Source: Mobula hypostoma
Taxonomy: Eukaryota
Assembly: GCF_963921235.1 (NCBI RefSeq)
Contig: NC_086106.1
Coordinates: 21,328,001 to 21,392,000 of the forward strand
Reading direction: 5' to 3'
DNA length: 64,000 nt
Position 1 is the first letter of the stretch. Every line of letters begins with the position of its first letter. The notes below the pieces were generated by a model. The model made no database searches. It was not told the DNA's origin and saw nothing but the letters and a program-made list of their open reading frames with translations. A program made the position numbers and the translations under genes. Below are positions 22,724 to 36,394 of the stretch, one piece after another.

Positions 22724-24430
22724 AACTGAGATCATAGGCATGCACGCAGTTGAGCTGCTATGCAAATGTTGTCTTCTGCATGCTGGGCATGCTTAGACAG
22801 TTTAGATGCTGGCAGACAGGCTATAAAACCTGCTCACATTTACAGATGCTATTTAGACCCATGTTGATGCACATGTTTTTCGGGCAATAGCATAGTGAGT
22901 ATACTTAATAATAGGATTTATTGTCTTCAGGAAGACTCAATACAGCAGAAATATCTTGTCAATGCCGCAACAGCTGCGATACATTCCGTTACATCTGTGG
23001 CGAGTATACGATTAAGGCTCAAAGACGCACCAAGAATCAACTTATTAAGAAAGCCTATGTGCTCTAATTGGAATGTAAAATTTGTGACCGACAAGCCCTA
23101 GGCTCCTGACATTTGTTGTGCAACATGTGTATTCAACCTGAGCGCTCGGCTCAGAGGTACTCGGAAGTCAATGCCAATTGCAGACACAATGATATGGCGA
23201 GAACAGAAGGATCACGTGAATGACTGTCACTTCTGTCTGACCAATGTATCTGGCTTTTCTAATTAAAGTAACAAATCTATTGAATACTATAATTTGCTTC
23301 AGCCATGAGACCAGTGTTATATGATGACAGTTTTCCAGAACCGAACACACCAGACACATGGATCCTAGGTGAGACAGATGAAGATGCCACAACTCAAGAA
23401 CCAGATGTGGAAAAAGACACTGATCCTGATGGTTAACCCTTTATGCCTCATTATCCTCATTGGGAACACTGCCAGAATTAAATCACCTGTTCTAGCACTT
23501 GGATTTGTCAAAAGCTAAAGCAGAAATACTTGGTTCAAGTCTGCAAGGATGGAGTTTACTGTCACCAGGTACAAACATTTCTGTCTTTCGAAACCGGTAG
23601 GAACATTGACAAAGTTCTTTAAACAAGTTGCCAACCTCTGTATCTGTATTGACATTGATTTACTCTGACAAAGATATGTCTGTCTCCTCTTCATATAAAA
23701 CACGGATTGGTGAAACATTTTGCGAAAAGAGTGGAAAAAGACGGTGAAGAATGGCGCTGTTTGATACAGATTTATAGAAGAATAATTCATGCCAAGATTA
23801 AAAAAAGGCATTTTTGTTGGTCCACAATTCAGACAGGTCATCAATGACAGGGAGTTCAAAGATCTGCTAGTAGGGCCGGAGAAAGTAGCATGGAAGGCAT
23901 TTAAGGATGCCATTGAGAAATTTCTTGGCAACTACAGAGCACCAAACTAGCTTGAGATCCTTGATAACATGCTGAAAGCATACTAAACCATGAAGTGCAT
24001 CATGTCATTGGAAATTCATTTTCTGCATTCACACTTGCACTTCTTCCCTGCTGATATGGTGCAGTCAGTGACGAACATGGTGAAAGATTTCATCAGGACT
24101 TTGGAACCATGCAAAAGCGGTATCAGGGCAACTGGAATCCATTAATACTGGCGGACTATTGTTGGACAATGTCACGAGTGGCACCAGATACTGTGTACAA
24201 GAAATCTGCAAAACATTTTAAGCTGAGTTGAATTAAAACAATGTGTCAGGATTATTATGCAATTACACCTGTGAAATTCAATAGAAGTATTTTAGTTTAT
24301 CCAAATTCTTATGTGATCCAGCAAATCTGAAATTATTTTTGTGCTCAGGATGACATTGTCTGTCATAATTTCTATTTTTATTTTTTGTTCTGGATGGTAA
24401 ACGTTTGAAAATAAAATAAGTTTTCCAGTG
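22724..24430 (+). mobile_element. Fossil Chapaev3-like (CMC superfamily) DNA transposon
   Basis: Fragmented transposase motifs (RKSMP..MIWR, FCLTNVSGF, EIHFLHSHL..GAVSDEHGERFHQ..KRYQGNWNP). Ends in CAGTG. Family named from motif recall and termini inferred. Confidence 0.65.
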
Positions 24431-24777
24431 ACCTATTACCGGAGCGTGTAATAATGAGTTCCGCTGTTTGTATGTGAATGAACGAGCCTGGAGTAATAAC
24501 AGCCGGTCTGTTTTTGTACTTGTCTCAGTAAAGCCGTCATTTGAGATATATATATCATGGGTCACATTTTCGCCACAATATGCTTGTTGCGGTGGCGACT
24601 GACGGGGGCTTATGTTGGAACAGAAAGATCTTAGAAGTGTCTTTATGTAATTAGCAGTGAGTTTCCCCTTTGGCTGATGTTAAGGACGGAAAGATGGGAT
24701 GTAACATCTGCGTCATTTCCAATAGTAGAGATTAGTGCAGGATTTTCAGCATCTTCTCTGCGGTCTTGCTGCTGGTA

Positions 24778-24816
24778 CATTTTTGTTCTGCTCCTGTCAT
24801 ATTTTGAAACACTGTG
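24778..24816 (-). other. Second (tandem) 23-RSS downstream of supporting V A2
   Basis: CACAGTG (24816-24810), 23 nt, ACAAAAATG (24786-24778). Confidence 0.7.
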
Positions 24817-24880
24817 TAATCCATAACATTGAGGTTTTTTTTTTTTTTGTGCATCTCGCTTCCTCTTGTCTATCACTGTG

Positions 24881-25186
24881 CCTCTCGGCGACTGCCGGCA
24901 CATTGGTACAAAGCCGAGTCGCTCACTTGCAGTTTCAAGATCTTTGACAGGCTGATTTTATTTTCCCGATCGACAGAACCAAAGAAGTGTCCTTCGGCAG
25001 CATTTATCTGATCCTGATCTTCAGAGCTATGCGTCTGTAACAGATATTCTGGAGGCTTTGCTTGGAGCTGCCGGTACCAGTGTATCGTGTATGGACAAAA
25101 CCCGAAATATTCGCAGTTTAATGTGACGACGTCATCAGAATAAGAAGATTGTAGAGGAGGATTCTTGGATACCATGGATATAGGAT
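24881..25186 (-). CDS. Supporting TCR-delta V exon, cassette A2 (intact)
   Basis: Open 306-nt exon (D)PISMVSKNPP..LNC EYFGFCPYTIH WYRQ..DSALYQC AGSRRE with CATCAG acceptor. CACAGTG plus 23 nt, with the nonamer A-run expanded. Confidence 0.88.
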
Positions 25187-26328
25187 CTGATGGAATTTAA
25201 AAGAGGCATCACAATTACTATACTATCGTTACTGGATTGGCCACTGAAAGGAATAAGTGAAGGTTTTGTACCAGCTGGTTTCGTTCACTATATGTCCATA
25301 ATGTTTTTTGTGCACTTGGGAATTATTCCAGCGACCTTCTGGGGTGGAGGAATATTTGCTAGATGGTGCAGGAAGAGAACGGAAATTAATAGGGGGAGAA
25401 GTGGAAAGACTGCATGGAATTGCTGGAATACGTGAAACCATGGGAATTAATAAATACAATTTAGAACATTTGTGAAATATTCTCAGAGAGCGAACACCCA
25501 GCGAGTTGGAGGATCTACCTGTTCTATTGTGAAAACTTCTGCTTTTTCTCTCTCTTTCATGTTTGTAACGTAAAGACGATTAGGAATTCTAACATTTTTG
25601 GTGTGTTGCTTAGATTTCCAGCATCAGCGGACTTCCGGTTGTATTCCCCTTCGCTGTTCCAAGTCATTCTCCTTTTTTTTTTACACACCAGGCAGTTTCC
25701 ATAATTTATTTGTGTTTCTGTTCTGATTCTGTTTGTTCTGCTTTTGCTGCATAATGTATATATGCTGTCATCTTAAAATGTTCTCACGCAGTCTGACAAA
25801 TTTCGCTTGCATTTCAATTTACACTTAGGCGTCAGACTCAAGTGTGACTTGGCGTCTCCCCTCACTATTTACATCGGCAGCTCGCGCTTGATAGACAAAT
25901 GAAAAAGAAAAAAAATCTTTCTTAACCTTTCAGCCTGCAGTTTCTGTGGACCAATACTAAACAATCTATCAGTGAAGGTAACCCCTGAGAAGTTCCGTCA
26001 AACTTGATAGTCCTAGGTGCTGATCCAAGATCAGCATTCCTTCTGCAGTCGCCAAAACAGCTGAGACAAAAGAAATACGCGCTCTGCATATGGGAATATG
26101 CCACTGCGTCTCCTTTCGCACTTCCTGGTTACAGGTATGCGCTGATTTCACTTTTATGTTACCTTTCCTAAGACGAGGGCATGGTTGGCATTCTAAACGT
26201 GTTATGCTGCATCAAGCCCAACATAGCTTCTATAACAGAAATATAAATCAAATTTGATTTTTTTTTTGTTGCTAAGATGCTCTAACATGCAGATTAAAAA
26301 AGAAGCTTTATAAAGTTGAAATACTTAC

Positions 26329-26386
26329 CGTCTGTGACGGTGACCGTAGACCCGGTTCTATCTTCGTAGTAAATTTCGTAGTAACA
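26329..26386 (-). CDS. NAR-TCR J, cassette A2 (CYYEIYYEDRTGSTVTVTD)
   Basis: GTAAG donor. RSS: CACGGTA, 23 nt, consensus ACAAAAACC (26417-26425). First Gly of G-X-G changed to Arg. Confidence 0.8.
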
Positions 26387-26752
26387 CACGGTAATCCGAC
26401 TCTCAATCTCGCTGGTACAAAAACCATCCTCAACTCAATCTATTCATCAGCTATCATCGGACAGTGTAGAAACTTTCCAGACTTTAAAAACAAGGACGAC
26501 GGCATCCAGTGTTCCACAAACACCATTGAAGCTACCCATGAGAAGAAATCTCTGTAAAATGACCTCATCATAGTTTGCGTATGTCAGTTCCGTAAACTGC
26601 AGCAAATGTCAAAAAATCCCTGAAAGGGCAAAGTACAATGGGATTCATCCGATCACTGCGCAAATGCAATGTGGCATATGATTTTATTCCCCTACTACAG
26701 AATATATGTTTTAACGGGGACAGACGTTTTTGTTCGATTATCTTCCATTGTG

Positions 26753-26767
26753 TGCATTCCACTCATC
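26753..26767 (-). other. NAR-TCR D, cassette A2 (GATGAGTGGAATGCA), 12-RSS on both sides
   Basis: CGTTTTTGT, 12 nt, CATTGTG, 15-nt core, CACACTG (26768-26774). Confidence 0.75.
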
Positions 26768-27148
26768 CACACTGTTTCATGTCCAGTTCAAATTGCAGGA
26801 GCCTGTAGAGCAGGAGAAAACATCCTCCCAGCTGCTATTCCAGTTTCCATGCTATTGGAGCAGTGTCCCATCTGAAGTAGGAGATTGGGAAGTGGGAGGT
26901 TCATTCTCACTCGCTGTTCACTGCACAGTTCCTGTGGATGGTGGTTTTCCAGGCAAATACAGTACAGAAGAGAAAATAACTAGGGTATGAACTGACAACT
27001 TCCAGTCCCGTTGCAAACTAGACTGTATGGAAAGCAGACGAAGAACCTTCTGAAATTATCAGCACATAAACTCCGCTGCTTCAAATGTTTATGGGATAAT
27101 TCCCATCTCCTGTTTGAGTACGGTAGTGATCCCTTTCCAAACACTGTG

Positions 27149-27439
27149 TATCCCATTTATAGTCAGCTTTTCAAAAGTAGGTGGCACTGTCGTCAACTTC
27201 AAGATTCATAATTTTCAGTGTAAATATCATTTCGGCGTTATTTTGCACAATTATAAATCTCATTCCTGTGGAGATCCGTGCACATCCCGTTTTTCGATAT
27301 GTTTGTTGAAGAAATGTCCGGTTACAAACCTTTTAGTATCCCGTCCAACCAGTACGGAAAGTACATGTGATTGTGAGAGACTGACATTCACTTTTCGTCA
27401 CCGCTGTCGGGCTCTGGGTCACGGTCTGGCTGAAGAAGA
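27149..27439 (-). pseudogene. NAR-TCR V exon, cassette A2 (pseudogene)
   Basis: Acceptor AG changed to AC (27440-27441), TAA in CDR1 (27333-27335), compensating +1/-1 indels, second Cys codon changed to TGA (27171-27173). RSS heptamer intact. Confidence 0.88.
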
Positions 27440-27585
27440 GTGGAGATTAAGAATAAGGAGAAGCGAAACAGCATTAGATGTGACACAAAATAGAGGACTA
27501 ACACGATGACTTCAAGGATTCTGCGTACACTCGTTCAGTTTCGTACTTAATTCGAATATTCCGTAAATTTCTGAACAGTACTCAC

Positions 27586-27628
27586 GGTCAAAGCAGAGGC
27601 ACAGTGTGACATACAGGAGAAATGTCAT
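27586..27628 (-). CDS. Leader exon A2 (MTFLLYVTLCLCFD)
   Basis: 43 nt, GTGAGT donor. Its V exon is defective. Confidence 0.8.
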
Positions 27629-30600
27629 CGTTTCATCTCCGGGTGTCAGATGGATTATACAGCCGCTAACGAGGCTGCTGTGATAGGTTCTTTCTCAGAA
27701 CTGGAAAGACACACCTCAGCCTGTTTCTGTTCTAGATTCATTCAATTGCTTCACTGTTTCCGAAATACATGTTGTGGAAGAAGGCGTCAGATTTGATTGA
27801 CAATAGATGTGGCTCCCCTTTCACGCAATTTCTTTGCAACTTATGAAATAGACAGGGGTACTGCGAAAAGGAAATGACATGATTTACAGATGCGACAGTG
27901 AAATGTAGTTTCGCCAAGATAATGTGAGTGTCTTTAGGTTAATAAACGTATCAGCGGTCAGTTTCCAGAGGTCTCCAGTGATAGAGACAACGAGATAAGG
28001 AAAGACGAGAAAGGTGTCAGAAAAGGAACTGGCGATTTGATGAGCACTGTGGAAGTAGGAAGCAAATATGATGGCATTGAAGACATCAGGAAGGGTACGT
28101 GAAGCAGCACCAGTACAGTCGTCTATGTAGCATGAACAAAAAAATGAGGAACGTTGAAACGCTACAAGAAAGTTTTGGAACATGGACTATTCCACGGAGG
28201 TAACGAAATTACCGCAATGGCGGCGTTATGGTTGGGGACATGAGGGTTTCCAAGGCTACGCAGTGGCTTTGGGAAAAGTGGGAGGGTCGAAAATAATAGT
28301 AATTAAAAAAAAAAATGCTCTGCGTGAGAACCAGTTAACAATGTTGTTTAATTTTCTTGATCTTTTTTTGCGAGATAACATGTACGATGCACTCATCTTA
28401 TAGTCTGGCTAATTTCGTCAATTTTTATTCTTCGCACAGTCAAAAACATTACTTGCATTAGCAGCAAAGCCCGCATAATTGCAGCATAATTCTGAACTGA
28501 TACTACGAATCGCAGACTAATTTTCAAAGAATTTTGCAAATGTTGCTCTCAATATTATAATTATAATCATTTTTGTTATTACATATATTTTTTTCTCAGC
28601 TCAAACTGTTAAAACGTAAGGGCGAGGTACAGCCAAACACGTCTATTTGTCAGCTGCTGGGAAATTTCGAACTATTCTTGTGGTGTTTCGTATTGTGGCT
28701 TTCTGAAGACCGACATGGATACTGCTTTACTTGCTCAGTTGTTCAATAGTATAATGTAGTGCCTTTGGGATTATACCAGCTGTACATATCACCATGGGTC
28801 AATGTATAATTGTTCATGTTTCAAAGTCTTTAAATTTACTACTTTAATACAGCATATTAGCACGGTTTTTTTTTCTCAGTTATTGATTTGGATATTATGT
28901 GTGTTTCGATTGGCTATATCTATAATTTAAGTTGCGTTTGCCGTTTATCCCGCATTATTGTATGCAGTCAATTATTATGCATTGTCCTCTATGCACTCAC
29001 TGATGCGTTCGAATATATATTTGTAGTATTCTGACTCTGATTACTTTTATTATTATTAATATTATTATCACATCACGTTGCTTCACTCCAGCCAATTCCA
29101 TCGCTCAGAAGGGGTTAACATTTCTCCTCTGAACGAACCGACTATGAGGAATAATTTGTGGTTTCTCACCGGGCTACAACCACCAATCGAAGCAAGCAAC
29201 ATAGACAAGTGGCGATAGACAGCAGCGCAAGATTAATGGGTAAATGATTTATTTAAATTATGAGGACTTCAAACAGTGCAGACAGACATGGAGCAATGGG
29301 TTCAGAAAAAGTGGAAAAAATATTGTGTTAAAACAACAATCTGAAAGAGAGAATGTTTAACTACATCGTAAGCAATTTAGAAATAAAGTTAAATTTGTCA
29401 CACTCTGTCCTTCCGGCATTGCCGAACGGAGGACACAGATGGAACACCTTTCCACAGAACAGATACAGAAAGGACACTTAAACAAATTAGCGGACTTTTT
29501 CCTTTTAAGTGAACTGGCACTAGCGCTGGGATTTCCTCTAAGAAAATCTCTTGTGTTGCTCTACCTGTTAAACGGGCACGCACCATAAAACCCGAAAAGT
29601 TGCAGCCAGAAGTGAAAGTAGCTCCTACTGCTGCAAGTGTTACTCTTGATAGAAGTCCACGTGGAAACGAGGACACTCAAGCGGTTGATGGAAGAAAGAC
29701 AGCTTAACATTGTTATTGGAGGTCAACACATTTATAATGCATATATATTATCAAATAGCTAAACTTGAGACAGAGAGAGGGATACGTAAACGCAGATAAC
29801 AGCAACTGATCAAGAGCTTATATACAGCATATTCCTTACTGTAAGTAAATTGCACAACAAATGGTAGATCAACGTGGACTTCTATAAAATTAGCCTAACT
29901 CCAAATAAATGTTTTTACAAAAACACATGAATTAATATGAGAGCAAGAATGAAACCGACCTAAAGACTGCAACAATGCTATCCAATAAAGTAGAGATGAC
30001 ATCACCCGTAGAGTTGACAGAAGTTCAAGTACTTCATCAATTTTTCACAACCTGACGGTGATTACAAAACACAAAGGTAGACCTTTCACAAAATGCTGAT
30101 GACGAATCTGAGCTTACAGGCAAATTTAATGCAGCTAAAGCAATTAATTCAAAAAGTGAATATATATTTTCTATATATTATATATATTTTTTCACTTTTT
30201 TCAGATGAAAACCTGATCTTTCGACGACATAAGTGAAGAACATTAAAAAAAGCGAGTGGAATATAATAAAAAATGCAGGAGAAAACCGAAATTATGAATG
30301 GAAAATAAGAAAAATGCAAGTATATAGTTGAGTATGCGGTAAAGAAGGAAATTGCAATGTCGGCAATGTTTCATTTGGAATACAAAACACGGCGAAAACT
30401 CTGAGCATTAATAAGACAGTAGTCAGACTGGACTTAGAGTATTGTCAGCTGTTTTGGGCCCCATACTCACTAAATATGTGTAATTATTTGAGATAGCCCA
30501 GAGGAGGATTAGTAATAAACATATGAGGAGGGTTTATCATATTTGCACCTGTACTCACTGGAATTTAGAAAAATGCGGGCGATCTCATTGAAACCTTCCA

Positions 30601-31996
30601 AATGTTGAAAGGGTAGATATCGAGAGGATATTTACGATGGTGGGCTATTTGGAGCTGGAGAGCACCGCCTCAAAATTGAGGGGCGAACATTTAGAACAAA
30701 GACAAGGAGTGATCACTCAGTGGCGACCAATTAGGAAGAAAAAAAAATACTCCAGACCGCAGTGGAAACCTCGTCCGTGCCTAAATTTACCGCTGAAGGT
30801 TATCCTTTCTGATCGGTCAGGAATCAAATAATATCGGCAGAAGAAAGGTGTATGGAGTTGAGTGGGATGTGAGATCAGCCATGGTGGCTTGGCGGAGCAG
30901 ACACGATGGACTGATTGGTCTAATTCCACTCCTATGTTTTAGGTTTTATGGCGAATTGTTGGATGGGCGGCACGTGGTGCAGGAAGGGCCTTTGTCGCGT
31001 ATTATATTTATGTGAATAACTAATTCAATAACAAGTATTGGTTGGGAAAATCGCAAGCTCCCATGGCAGCCTGCAGTTTTGACAGTTTCCTTCTATCAAT
31101 GCCGTTATTGCACAACAGTGATACTTCAAGATTAACACTACTACCGCAAGCATCGTGCCAGGAGCAAGGAGTTAATTGTTCGCACCTTGTCAAGGAAATC
31201 GAATTGACTTGGAGAAGTTTGGAATACTTAAATTAAGGAGGCGGAAGAGAAGTATCCAAACCCATACTGAAAAAATGTCAGTTGAGTAATACAGCAGTGA
31301 ATTTCTGTGTGTTCATCCAGTCCAACCGAGACCTGTCGTCGTGGTTCCTTTTCATTGTGATGCAACTGCAGTACACTTCTCCTGGGCTGATTCAAAGCAA
31401 AATGCCTCACATGTGGTGAACAAACAAGAAACGCTCTATAAGGTCTGGATACATGAATGAGCTCTAAGTTTTCTACAATTCCCCAATTTCTTTCGCACCT
31501 TAGGTTGGGTAGAAATGCTGACAAGGACGTAATTCCTAAAAAAAAAGTAAAAGATAATTTACACGTATCACTGCACAAATCTTAGATCGATTCATGTAAT
31601 TCAATTCGCCTTCAGACTTGCCGCTGGCTTTCGGAGCAGTTTGCATATGTGCTGCTGAGAATTTGCAACAATTGCAGAATTTCTTCTCTCTTGGTTTGGT
31701 GTTTCCAAATCAACACGATTTGATTAAGGATCTTCCGGTAAATTAACCTACATGAATTAATGACCATAATGCGATGGAAGTGTAGCAGTCAATTAAAAGT
31801 AACGAGAAATATATCCCGAACGTAAATTTCATTCAATGTTGTCACGACGTTTTGGAAATAAAAATCCTGGATCTGAGTTTGTGGAGTGAGCTGGATTTGA
31901 TGAATAATCTTAAGATAAGGAAACCATATTTTTTAAGCCGACGAGACGATGTCATGATATTCACCCACCAATTTGAGAGGGACAACCTGATATTGA

Positions 31997-32091
31997 AACC
32001 TCTTCCTATAGATGCTGCTTGGTCTGCTGCGTTCCTCTTCCTATAGATGCTGCTTGGCCTGCTGCGTTCACCAGCAACTTTGATGTATGTT
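31997..32091 (+). mobile_element. 95-bp insertion of a PLE/SINE-type 3' tail with an internal ~34-bp duplication
   Basis: 12-bp duplication ACCTGATATTGA (31985-31996, 32092-32103). Absent from paralogous sites near 11320, 41040 and 63270. Confidence 0.7.
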
Positions 32092-34428
32092 ACCTGATAT
32101 TGATGCCTAGTTTTCAGTAAATCTAATTACAAATGTATGAGAAAGGAGCGTGCCAAGTTTGATCATATGGAGATGACGGTAGAGCAGCGATACTTAACCA
32201 TGGAAATTGTGGTCTCTGCTTTCAAGTTTTTTCATAACAGCATAGATGGATTTTTGCCGAAGTTGCGTATAATATAAATATATGTGAAGTATTGGGTACT
32301 GCTGAGGAAGCAGGGAGCAGGGAGCATTCACCGGTGTTAGTATAAGGTACGACAATGCTCACATCAGTGCAGATGCAACAAGCAGTAGGTAACGGCATAA
32401 AATGTAATTTGAGCGCAGGAACAAAGTCGTTGAAAATATTCTAAATAAGGAGTGAATCCTCAGGGGTATACCAACTTGACAGTCCTACTTCCTGAATCCT
32501 TTACGGTGAACTTGAGTACTGAGACAGTACTAAAAATGGCAATGTCGGTTGTTAGGAACAAAATTAAAAAAAAACTGTGATGTAGCGTTATTTATTTATA
32601 AGAGGTAAATCGCACTAAATTTGGAGGTTGGAAAAAGTTGTGAGCTCAAAGTCCAAAGGAAGAGTGTGCTGGTTTCGAAGGGAGAAAAGTAGAAACTCAC
32701 GAGAATAACCTCGGGGCAGATATATTATCGTAGCTGGAGAGTTTGATGGTTCTTCGGATTAGAACATAACCAGCAACAATGTATTGAGTACAGTGGATGT
32801 GCTGATGATAGATCCAGCAGCGGGAAAGTGGAGGCTCAGATTTACTCAACCTCAGAAAAAAAGGACTGGCTTAGATTACAGTCGAAACTTTTTTTTTTTT
32901 TGCCAGATTATATATGTGTGGGATTTCTTGCCACAATGAGTTGGGGAAGACATGTACGGTAAATTTCAGGCTGAGGTAAATGTCTTCTCATGTCGTAAGT
33001 GTGTCAGAATTTAGACGGCGTTGTCAGGAGAATGCAGTTGAGATTTTATAGTTAATACAGTACGATCCAGTGGCAGAACCAATGTCTAGAGATCAAAAAG
33101 CCAAAATTTTCTCCCATGGTCTTACAGCCAGATACTGTGCATACCTCTGAAACACGCTTTAATGTACCACACTTTTCATTAGTTCGATGGACAGCCTCAC
33201 ACACAAGAGAAAGGTATAATAGATATAGTTGATAAATATTCAAGGCTGAGAGGATTAGCAAGTGCGTTTTGTTTAGAAATGCTGTACCTTTGGAGGTTGT
33301 TATTGTTCGAATTTATTACTTAATTGCGCTGAGTTTAATGGTTTTAATGTTTTGGATAATAGGGAGGTCATACTTGTTGGCACTGTCGCGTAACCGCCTA
33401 TGTCCCGTTCTGTAGGGTTTTTCAGCTTACGTCCTTCACTATTTGACGCAGTCTGTAGCAGGTTTGGTCCTCAGCAACACAGAAACTCAACATCGCGGCG
33501 TTAATCGCGAAGATCACGAGGCATGCGATCCACGGGAGATTGCAAGAGTGGATTTAGAATTCTCCTGCACTCGGAAGGCATTGTGTGGTATTAGTTGGTA
33601 GTTACTATGCTCACATTTCAAGAATTACAGATGCTCCTTGAGTCACAGTTTCGAGACTCTCACTCTTTGTGACATTAAAAAATTACAGTGTGTTTTTGCG
33701 TAATGATTTTAATGTGAAAGTAGATTAATTGCATAAAGAATAGTGGCGTTGTGTACCGAGTAGAAAGCTGTCACATGTTGCAACGTGACATAGAGAGGAT
33801 GTAGAGTTGGGTAGACAAATGAGAAATTACATTTCAAATGGGGAAATAAAAACTAGTGTGAAATAACCAACATTAGAAGTTCGTACGGGATTATGAGGAG
33901 GATTCGTTGAGGCGCAGTGTTACAGATGGATACTCGGCTTCCACGTCAGTATATTTCCCATTGCTGCCACGCAAGTGAATTTAATAAATGATATGGTGTA
34001 CTGGATATTGAACCGGATATTGATTTTAAAAGCTGCGAGTAGATACTCTGCATCTCACAAAGATCCGGTGAGACAACACTAAGAGAATTGCATTAATTTC
34101 TGAGTACCTTATGATAGAAAGGATGCCTAAAGTTTAGTGAGAGAGCTCAGAAGTATCACCATGAGGCCTCAAAGATTAGAGAACGCCTTAAGCGGAAAAT
34201 TTGAAAACGTCTAGAGATTTTAATTTTGGAACAACGCTAATTGACAGTCAACTTAATATAAACGCGTACGACTATGAAAGGCAAAGATTTTCCTCAGGGC
34301 GGTAATGCTTCCGCTTATGGTTACTAGACGGACATTTACCGCAGATAACAGAAATATTGTGTTTTTTTTTTCCACACAGAATATTGGTTGGCTGATATTC
34401 ATGCCGGAGGTGGCAGAAGCTTCATGAT

Positions 34429-35613
34429 AAGCACAAAATAATCTGCAAATGTTGCGATCAAAGCAACACTTTCAGTACGCTGGATGAACTCAGCAGGTTG
34501 TACAGCATCAGTCTGAAACGATGAGTTGACGTTCCGGGCCGAAACCCTTCATCAGGACTGAAGAATGAAAGATGGTGAAGGATTTCAAGAATGCTTGTAG
34601 CTTCAGTTGAAAGACCAGCAATTTGAAAGGAAAATGGGTGGGGGACAGGAAGCATTGACATCATAGCCCTGAAAACAATGGGTAGTAGAAGAAGGAGGAG
34701 GAACCATGAATGAGCTGGCAGAGCGGGTAGAGAGAAATAGGGATAGAGGAATGGAGGGGGAAGGAGTTACCGGACGCTGGAGAATTCTATGGTCATACCA
34801 AGAGGCAAGAGACTACCTAGACGGTATATGAGGTTTTGCTCCTCCAACCGGAGTTTAGCCTCATCGTGGCTGTAGAGGAGGCCGTGTATGGACATATCTG
34901 AATGGGAATGGGAAGCAGAGTTAAAGTTGGTGGCTATCGGGAGATCCTGTCTTTTGTGGCGGTGCCCGACGAAGCGGTACCCCAATCTGCGTCGGGTTTC
35001 ACCGATGTAGAAGAGGCAGCAACAGGAGCATGGGGTGCAGTAGATGACCACAACAGACACAGAAGTGAAGTGCTGTCTCACCTGAAAGGACTGCTTGGGG
35101 CCCTGAATGGTTGCAGGAGATTAGGAGTAGGAACGAGTGTAGCACTTACGTTTACAGGGATAAGTGCCCGGTGGGAGATCAGTGTTGATGGACGTGTGGA
35201 TAAGGGAGTCGCGGAGTGAGCGATCCCTTCGGAAAGCGGAGAGTGGTGGAGAGGGAAAGATGTGCTCAGTTGTGAGGTCCTGTTGAAGGTGGCGGAAGTT
35301 GCGGAGGATAATGTACTGGATCCGGGGCTGGTGGAGTGGTAGGTAGGGATAAGAAGAACTCTGTCCCTGTTGTGGTTGCGGGAGGATAGGGTGAGTGTCG
35401 AAGTGCTGGAAACGGAGGAAATGCGGATAAGGGCATCATTGATGACGGTAGAAGGGAAAACACGATCTTTAAAGAAAGAGGACACTTGAGATGTCCTGGA
35501 ACGGAAAGCCTCATCCTCGGAGCAGATGAGCCGGAGACCGAGGAAATGGGAATAGGGAATGGCATTTTTGCATGTGGCGGGGTGGAGGAGGGATAGTTGA
35601 GGTAGTTATGAGA
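34429..35613 (-). mobile_element. Penelope-like element, paralogue of 13095-14347 at the same site
   Basis: ORF 34767-35081 GIY-YIG 'VIYCTPCSCCCLFYIGETRRRLG'. Same left flank TTCATGAT. Runs into the assembly gap. Confidence 0.85.
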
Positions 35614-35793
35614 NNNNNNNNNNNNNNNNNNNNNNNNNNNNNNNNNNNNNNNNNNNNNNNNNNNNNNNNNNNNNNNNNNNNNNNNNNNNNNNNNNNNNNN
35701 NNNNNNNNNNNNNNNNNNNNNNNNNNNNNNNNNNNNNNNNNNNNNNNNNNNNNNNNNNNNNNNNNNNNNNNNNNNNNNNNNNNNNNNNNNNNN
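35614..35793. other. Assembly gap (180 N)
   Basis: Run of N at the position of the (GAAA)n tract seen at ~14310-14345 in the paralogue. Confidence 0.99.
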
Positions 35794-36394
35794 TACTACT
35801 ATGTAGACATATAATAGCGTCTTTGACTGAGGGAATGTTTGGATATATAGTCTAGTGTTGTAAATTAGATGGCAGAACAAAGTCCGGCATAGGGTCCACA
35901 GTGTGTTGCCCTGTTTGATATTCTCTATTTTATGTTCCCTGAGATGGAGAACGGCAGATAATCCGTCGTTCTGTTCTTTCTTAACTCCAAAACAGTTATC
36001 ATCATTTCACCATTTTGCTCATGTTAAGTACATTTTATTTGTTATAAGAATTGTCTTTTTAATGTTTTTTGCAGGACAGGGGAAAACACTCTGTCAGCTT
36101 TTGTAAATTTGAGGTTGTTCATTAGCGTCTGACAACCAACAGAAAAATAAAAGGCACGGCCACTTTATCGTGACACAAAGGAAGTTCAGCACCGAGCTTC
36201 CACAGGCGCACAAATAAATAGCCTGTCACTATACTTGAGAAACAAATGAAACAGTTAAATTCGTTTTGAAAATGTATGAGTATCATCTTAATATAGATTG
36301 TTTCCATGTGGGTCATGTCAAATTACATACTTTAGAATGTGTAGAAGCATTGAGTTTCTGTAGTTACTAAGTCAGCTCTATTCCATATTAATAA

